64,000 bases of DNA. Source: the human T2T-CHM13v2.0 reference genome, Homo sapiens. Shown one piece after another: positions 55,680-64,000 of the stretch. Both the position numbers and the translations under genes were made by a program. The stretch is from contig CP068257.2 of assembly GCA_009914755.4 (NCBI GenBank), positions 38,560,001 to 38,624,000 on the forward strand, in the 5' to 3' direction. A model generated the notes under the pieces. It was not told where the DNA came from. It worked only from the letters and a program-made list of their open reading frames with translations, and ran no database searches. Each line of letters opens with the position of its first letter. Position 1 is the stretch's first letter.

Positions 55680-56600
55680 GAATACATTTAGATTTATAGA
55701 AAAGTTGAGATAATAACACAGGAAGTCCCCATATACTTCACATCTCCACATCCAGTTCCTCCATTATTTACACCTTACATTAGTGTGGCACGTTTGTTAC
55801 AATTATTGAATGACTATTAATGCATTGTTAACTAAGTGCATACATTGTTCAGATGACCCTACCTGCTACCTAATGTCCCTGGTTTGTTTCAAGATCCCAT
55901 CCAGGATCCCATTCTACATTCGGCCATCATGTCTTCTTAAGCTCCTCTGTAGCAGTTTCTCAGACTTTCTGTGTTCTTGATGACTGTCGGTCTTGAGGAA
56001 TGCTGGTCAGGAATTATGTAGAATACCTCTCAGTTGGGGCTTGTCTGTTGTTTTTCTCATTTTTAGGCTGAGGTTATGAGAGTTTTGAAGGGGCAAACTA
56101 CGGAGGTAAAGTACCATTCTCATCACATCATATCAAGGGTAAATGCTATCAACAGGGCTTATCAGTGTCGCTGTTGACCTTGGCCACCTGGCTAAGGTGG
56201 TGCCTGCCAGGTTTCTCCACTGGAAAGCTTCTCTTTCCATGTTGTCCTTTCTGGAAGGAAGTCGCTCTGCAAAGCCCACACATAAGGAGTGAGAGTTATG
56301 CTTCATCTTCTTGAGGTGGTATATCTACATAAATTACTTGGAATTCTTTCGTCAGGAAAATTTGGCTATTGTTACCATTTATTCAATCATTTATATCAGT
56401 GTGGGCTTATTTTACACTTATCACTTATTTTACACTGATACACTTATCAGGGTGTATTTATTTTAAACTTTGGGTTATAATCCAATACCGCCTTATTTGT
56501 TCTGTTGCTCAAATGATTCCAGATTTAACCACTGGGAACTCCTTCAGGTGGCTCCCACATCCTATTGATGTATCACCATCATTGCTTGTTTATTTTATCC
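55680..56600. mobile_element. Interspersed-repeat-like sequence, unclassified (I recognise the style but not the family).
   Basis: Sequence such as …gtaaagtaccattctcatcacatcatatcaagggtaaatgctatcaacagggcttatcagtgtcgctgttgaccttggccacctggctaaggtggtgcctgccaggtttctccactg… resembles a human repeat consensus I cannot name with confidence. Confidence 0.3.
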
Positions 56601-57599
56601 TTTCTTTCCCCCTCCACCTCTTTTCTTTTTTTTTTTTTTTCTTGGTACTTCTTTATTTTCTAACTCTACAAGAAGTTCCAAGTGCTTGGAAGTTCCAAGT
56701 TCTTTTATATTCCCTTACCAGTCTTAGAATTAGCGTTCTCAAAGGAGTCCTGGTTCATTTTATTGGAAAATCCTATTAGAAACCAAGATTTGGGGACAGT
56801 TGTGTTTATTGCTACTGTGGCATTGTTCCTTGCTTCCAGGTTCTCTTAGCTGACAGAAAAAAAAATGTGTGTATACTAACACATGTATATACACACATCT
56901 ATGAATATTCCTGTATGTATCCATTGTATCTCTATTCAGCTAAACATGAGTTCGTACTGATGTCTCTAAGTTTAATCAGGTACCACACAGCTCATTCTAG
57001 CCTCTTCCCTAGCTTGTTTGTAAACTCCCACTTCATGGTGAGAAACCCAACTCCCATGATCTGCCACCCAGGGCCCTAATTGTTTAATTACAGTTTAGAT
57101 GTATAGTAGTTTCAGAAGTAAGTCCCTGTTAGAAACAACTTTGTCAACCAGAGTGCAATGTTTAGGTATAGTTCTTTTTGCCTTTAGTCATACAGCTTCC
57201 ATTCATCTCCAAAGTTACTTAGGTCAGCATCCAATTAGTAAAGTTATTTAACTCATTTGTAATACAATTAGATTGATTTGCACAGTCTCCATTTCATCCT
57301 GGGGTCCCATGACCTCTTAAATGCTTTTTTTGAAAATTTTAATTACATTTTAATTCACCTACATTAAGATTCATTCTTTTTGCTGGAAGGCTCTGTGGTT
57401 TTGACAAATACATGGTGTTACATATTCATGGTTGCATTATCATACATAATATCCTCAACTCCCTAAAAATGTCCTGCGTGCTTCACCTGTTCAGTCCTCT
57501 CCTTTCCCCAAATCCCTAACAACCACTGATCTGCTTCTGAACTCTATTGTTTTGCCTTTTTCAGAATGTCATAAAAATGGAGTCATAGAGTATCCAGCC

Positions 57600-58100
57600 T
57601 TCTTAGACTGGCTTCTTTCCCTTAATATGCACTTAATTTTAGTGGTTTGACTCATCATTCTACTTTATAGCTGAATAATATTCTACTGTCGAGAGATGTA
57701 CCAAACAAAAGTTTGTATTTATTCATCAGTTGAAGCACAGCTTGATTGGTTCCAAATTTTTGGCAATTACGAACAAAGCTGTTATAAACATTGATATGCA
57801 GATTTTTATGTGGACATACATTTTTACATCAGTTGGGCAAACACCCAGGTGTACAATTGCTGGATCCTAAGACAACACTGTATTTAGCTTTGTAAGAAAC
57901 TGTCGAGCTGGCTCTATACTTCTGCATGCCCACCAGCAATGAATGAGAGTTGCTATTACTTAATATCCTTGTCAGCAATTGATACTATCAGATCTTTGGA
58001 TTTTAACTATTCTAATAGATGCACAGTACTATTTCAAGGTCATTTTAACTTGCATATTCCTAATGATAAATAATAGCGAGCATCTTTTTCTATACTTGTC
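57600..58100 (-). mobile_element. Old L1 (L1M-type) fragment, antisense.
   Basis: …ctgaataatattctactgt…gttataaacattgatatgcagatttttatgtggacatacatttttacatcagttgggcaaacacccaggtgtacaattgctggatc…atgcccaccagcaatgaatgagagttgc…. Confidence 0.5.
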
Positions 58101-59462
58101 ATCATATGTTCATAAGAAATAATGGTACAAAGTTTTCTTTTCTTGCAATGTTTTTATTTCTCATATTAGAATAATGCTAGACTAATGGAATGGGTGAAGA
58201 AGTGTTCTATCTGCTTTTGTTTTCTGTAAGACTGTGGAGCATTGGTATTAGTTCTTCTTTAAATGTTTGTTAGAATTACCAGTGAAGCAATCTGAACATT
58301 GTGCTCTGTTTTTGTTTTTGAAAGGTTTAAAATTATTTATTCAATTATTTTAATAGAAATCGGACTATTCAGTTTATCAGTTTCTCTTTGCTTAACTTCT
58401 GGAATTGGCCAATTTTATCTGAATAATCAAATCTGTGAGCACTGACCTTTTAAAGTCGATGGGACCAGTCATAGTGGCCCCTCTTTTATTTCTTTCTCTA
58501 GTTTTCTCAGGTGTAGACTTAGGTTTTTGATCTGAGATCTTTCTTCTTTTTGAATATATGGATTTATTGCTATACATTTTACTCTAAACACTGCTTTTGC
58601 TGCAAACCACACATTTTAATAAGTATTTTTATTTTTACTTAGTTAAAAATATTGTTCAATTTTTCTTGAGACTTCTGCTCTGACTCATGGGATAACTGAA
58701 GAGTGTGTTGTGTTAATTCCCAGATATTAGAGGATTTTACAGCTATCTTTCTGCTATTGGCTGGCAGTTTGATTTTTTTGTGGTCATAAGTTGTGAGGGT
58801 TGGGGAGTGTTCCATACTTATGATTAAATCTCAGTGTTTTTTGGGCCTGTGTTTCAGGGCCGTGTCCTTCCAAGTGTCTGCCTCTCTTCCAGGTGCACAG
58901 ATGTCCCCACAACCCCCACGCGGCATCCCTGCTCTGTTCTCTGGCTGCAGCATGCCCAATCCATTTCTCTGAAGCCTTGACTCTCGATTATGCTTTTTTT
59001 TTTTTTTCACAACTTAGATCATATAGGTAGGCTGGAGAGGGCTGGAGTGGGAAGGAATTTATTTCTTGCAGGTGAGACAAAATTTCAGAATGTGGTTCTG
59101 GAAGAGGTTTTTTTTTTTTTTTTTTAAATTTTCCGTGGAGAGTAGACCTTTGTTATGGAGAAGGTTTGATCTTCACTGTGAGAATCTGGTAAGGTTCCTA
59201 GAGAGAAAGTCTGTGAAAGTGTGAGGACGACCCCAAGACGGTGGCCTTTAGGAGCTCCTCACTCTCACTCCAGTCCACACTCAGCCACCAACACTGTACC
59301 AAAATTGCCATTTGCTTGTTCTTGCTACTTCACTGGCCCAGCAGCTTCTGTTCCAGGTAAGCCAATCTCTGTTGTTGTATCTCGCTGTGACACCTATCTC
59401 CCTAGATTTCCGGGTGAGAGTTTATCTCTGTCAATTCAGTTCTCTGTAAGAAAACTTGTTGA

Positions 59463-59963
<501 letters not shown>

Positions 59964-62900
59964 TGATTAATATTTATCTTACATTCTAGGAATCATCTAA
60001 ATGTTCCCATATATCTACTTGAAAAATATCATTGTTTACCCCACAATGAATATAGTAATTTTTTTTGGATTTTATAAACAGTGCATGTTTACAGAATGGA
60101 ATTCCACTACTTCTGCATTGGCAGACCTAGAACTGTAACTACAGGCAGATGACGTCACTCATTATGCACTAAGATTGAATTCTATTTCTAGTTGCAGCCC
60201 TGAAGACAGGAGAAACAAGAGAAAAATTCAAATATGAAGAAGCCAAAAATGGACTTGTTGAGTTAAATCAAGAGGCTTAGCCACCTGTTATGGGGTGGCT
60301 GGCTTTTGTGAGTTGCCATAAGAGACAGATAATAAATGTATGAATCTACGGAGCATGGGGTATGATAGACCCATGGGAAAAGCTTTGATACAGCCCTTTG
60401 ATACACCTTAGAACAGACAGGGATTGAATTTTACAAACAAGATGCTAGTCAGTGTCTCTACAAGGGACTTCTCTGGTTATTAAGAAACCTCAGTCCACTA
60501 GGAAAATATCCCTAAAGGTGCCCGGAAAGCTACTGCCCAAGCTGTTTGACATTTCATGTTTTCTCAGTAGATAAGTGTCTTCTACCTCCAGAAAGAGTTA
60601 GAATTCCATACAGAGATGTTTTAGAGAAGAAGCCCCAAGCATTACTATTTTTATGGTAAGAAATCTGTGCAGTTTAGCTGTAATTTTTATGAGATATAGC
60701 ATATTAGTATTTATCATATTTGTAATTCTAATTTAAATATATAATTAAGTAATCAATTTAGACAGGTGATACTAAGCAGGACTTTTACTGAGATTAAACC
60801 TAGTAGGGTGATATTTAAGGAGTCATAATAATACTAAGTTATTCATGTTGTTTATTTATTTATAAGTTATTAAGATGCCCAGAACAGTTCTGTTAGATAA
60901 TTGGAGTATTTAAAAAGGAAATTAAATATGTATAATTTATAAATGTAGTTTAATATATAAAGAAGAAAATGAACTATGTTTATAAATGGGTCTAAACATT
61001 AATCAAAAATCTCTTCACGTGAGATAACGGAGAGGATCAGAAAAAACACCTATTGGGTATTATGCTTATTATCTGGGTGATGAAGTAATCTGTACACCAA
61101 ACCCCCGTGACGACAGTTTACCTGTATAACAAACCTGCACATGTACTCCCGAACCTAAAAGTTTTTTTTAAAATCCCTTAAGAGTACTTGTTTAAATTTA
61201 CGAGATACATACATAGAATAACAAAATTTATAAGTTGAACTGAAAAAGAGGGTTTTTACATTTATAACTTTAATAAATGACCATATTAAAGTCCAAGTAA
61301 TATTTTAAATATATTTTTTTCTTCACTCAAAAGCATCTGCAGGCTCCAAAAAACTCACCTAAACAAATATACTTAAATCTGATGAAGAAAATAAAGGTCA
61401 CTAAAAATTCAACCAACCAGTCTGAGGCAATTTTGGTCAAATTTCTACTGACCATGCTTCAATATGTTCTTATGTATGATACACACACACACAACACGTA
61501 ATATTGCACAAGTGGAAACACATTACGTATGCTGTTGATATAATTAGAGACTTTTTGCCCCTATGTCCACCTTTCTGTCCTTCTCCTCCACATGGACACA
61601 CTCCCTCATGCTCATCCCTGCCCTCTAGTCTTTATTAATAACCTGGTGTATGCCCTTTCATATTTTTCTCTGCAATCATACACACGCATGTACACACATA
61701 CGCAATTTTTTGGTTATAGTTCATTTGACAGAACGGTATCTACTACACACAACTCGGCATTTACTTTCCCAAGCAGCAATAACTCATAGCAATTCCACAT
61801 GACCTGGTATCACTCCAATTCACTTCTTTTTCATGGCTCAGTAATAGTTCTTGCATGTTAAGATGGCTCCAGGCTGTATCAACATCTGACAGCCTCAGGT
61901 AAGGTCTGCACACTCCTTCCTGCCTCGCTTTGGCTGTTGAATGACTCAGTTCATTCAGCCAGTCTGTGCAAATCTCAGTTCCCAGGCTAATGATGCCTGC
62001 AGTCCTTCTTAACCAGAAGGCCCATGCTGGGAATGTACAACAGCTCTTGTCACAGAGTGAACCTGAAGAGCTGGCTAGCACGGAACATGGCTGCATTCTC
62101 AGAATATTATATCGGTCTTAAAACAGTGATTTGGTTTTCACTTTACTCTTGAGGCATGGAATTACTTTTTGGACAACATGGTGCCTGGGTCAAGGTAAAT
62201 TTGAGTAATTCTACTAAGACCATCCAAGTTGTGAAGATCTACATAGCGCAGAAGTCAACTCGTCTCTGGTACAGAACAGTTCTGCAACTTTGGACAAGTA
62301 GTTTAACATCTCTGAGCCACACAGTTGCTTTGCCTGTAAAATGGAAATCATGGTCATGTCCACTTCAGAGGCTGATGCAAGGATAAATGAGATTACATAA
62401 GCAAAGCAGTTCCCACTGGGCCTGGCACTTGTAAGAAAAGATCATTGTAAGCTATTACGTGCTTTTCCATACTTGGTAATGTTGAGTCAAGATGTGGCTG
62501 GTTCTTGAACTTTTGGGAAATAAGGAATATGAAAATTCTGTGACCATTCTAACTCCTGTCTATTGTAGCCTCAGCATTCTGTTTCCTGCTTCTCCTCTCT
62601 GTCTTTGCCTATTCTATGATGTTCTTGATCCAGTTCTCTCTTCTCTCACTTTTCTGCAGTCACATGGTCTCTGTCATTCCTTCCTGGTACATTTAAATGC
62701 ATCCAGTTGCCAATTCTTTGGGTGGATATGTTTCTTTTTTTCTTTTTTTGCTGATAGAACTTCATGTACCCTGAATGATTCCCCTGGGTTGTTTTTCCTA
62801 AAAATATAATGTGAGTAAAATATGTATCCCCGAAGCCCAGGGTAGAGGCAGGTCACAGGAGGCTTCTTGGTCTCCGTCTAGCTCCAGATCTTCGTAAGCA

Positions 62901-64000
62901 TATCAGGGCATTATGACTTAGTTGCCCTATGTCTGCAATGATAGCAGACCTTGTTAATAAAAATCACTATCACTATCAGCTCTTCCTCGTTTGTATGAAA
63001 CTAGCCTCTTCAGAAATGCAATAGTATTAGGAGTAATTTATTTGCCTGTGTAATTAAAGAATCTACTACACTACATGCAAGAAACAAAAATTAGCAGAGC
63101 AAATGTTTATATTATTCTATGAAAATAGTGATACATTACAATGGAGTTATCCACCTTCAGCCCTACTGAGGCATTGGGATATGGTCAGGGGGCCAGATGG
63201 TGACCATAAAATACAAAGATGAGACTCAAAACAGACAGTGGTTTCATATCAGTTAACCGTATGGTCCAGAGTAACCATCTGTACTAGCCTCTACAAGAAA
63301 CACATTTTGCCTTATGAAGTAGGAAAACACAAGAGAGGAAGCTGTCAGGTTTTCAAAATATGGAGGCATTTATTTTCTTTCGCTGTATGTTTAATTTGAA
63401 GAATGTTACATAAAGGCCGATAATTAAGACTAAGAGAGCTGCTACTTCGGTCTGTGTAGGGCTCTTTCTGAGCTCTTTAATCACCCTGTCCCCCTTCAGC
63501 AAGAGAGCTCAGCTGAAATAATGGAAAACAGAATTTAGTTCTCAAGGACCATTCGGAAGAAAGAAAATGGCACCACACCCATGAGGGCCAAACACTGCCT
63601 TCCATTCAAAATGTATCTTCTCCACCCCTTAGGATCACCTGATTCGACACTTCTTCAACTGTATTCATCTGCAAGCAAATTTGGCCTCACTCCCAAGGAC
63701 ATTGCAGCTAGGAAGTTAATGATGATGCATCACCAGGCTTGCATTCCTTTTCAGAAAAAAAAAAAAATCAGGTCCCTTTACACTGCACCAACAGCCATCA
63801 TCATTACTGAGAGAGCTCCGTCACATTAGATGCAATAAACGTATGTTTGTATCATCAACGGGACTAAGAAAAAAAGCTCACTGTTGCATGGATAATTTTT
63901 CTATTATTCAAAAGTAAGGTTGTTTTGCTAAAACAAAAGTTGCCAAAGCCCCAGGTGATGAAGTACAATGTGGCTGTATTATCAAGTACCATATCGAGGG

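Overview
This window is primate (almost certainly human) nuclear genomic DNA, not prokaryotic. It contains many Alu SINEs, L1 LINE fragments, a MaLR (THE1/MST-type) retroelement, MIR-type fragments and microsatellites. I see no CRISPR array, operon or defence system; a standard assembly would call this an intron-dominated gene region.

The only protein-coding signal I can support is four consecutive, phase-compatible exons on the minus strand: 17346-17542, 16197-16293, 15437-15565 and 6113-6280. They encode the last immunoglobulin domain (Ig9) and the first fibronectin-III domain of a Down-syndrome-cell-adhesion-molecule family gene. From memory the peptide matches DSCAM (chr21q22) rather than DSCAML1. 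The rest of the window is intronic sequence of that gene.

The most unusual structure is a roughly 1.8 kb tandem array at 9640-11470, inside the 9.1 kb intron between the two FN3-1 exons. The unit is about 30 bp, present in roughly 60 copies, with variable G4-9 runs on the + strand (the template strand for this gene) and a higher-order period of about 540 bp. The 555-749 aa ORFs in the six-frame track over this array are repeat artefacts.

Other notable items:
- A twin-priming (5'-inverted) L1 insertion at about 27553-28265.
- A 2 kb segment containing that L1, bracketed by a 112 bp direct duplication.
- A MaLR element with both LTRs, about 290 bp upstream (in transcript sense) of the Ig9 exon.
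- A 17 bp perfect inverted repeat hairpin.
- A 200 bp polypyrimidine tract.
- A complex AT-rich repeat.

I found no novel system. The findings below are ordinary but checkable genomic features.
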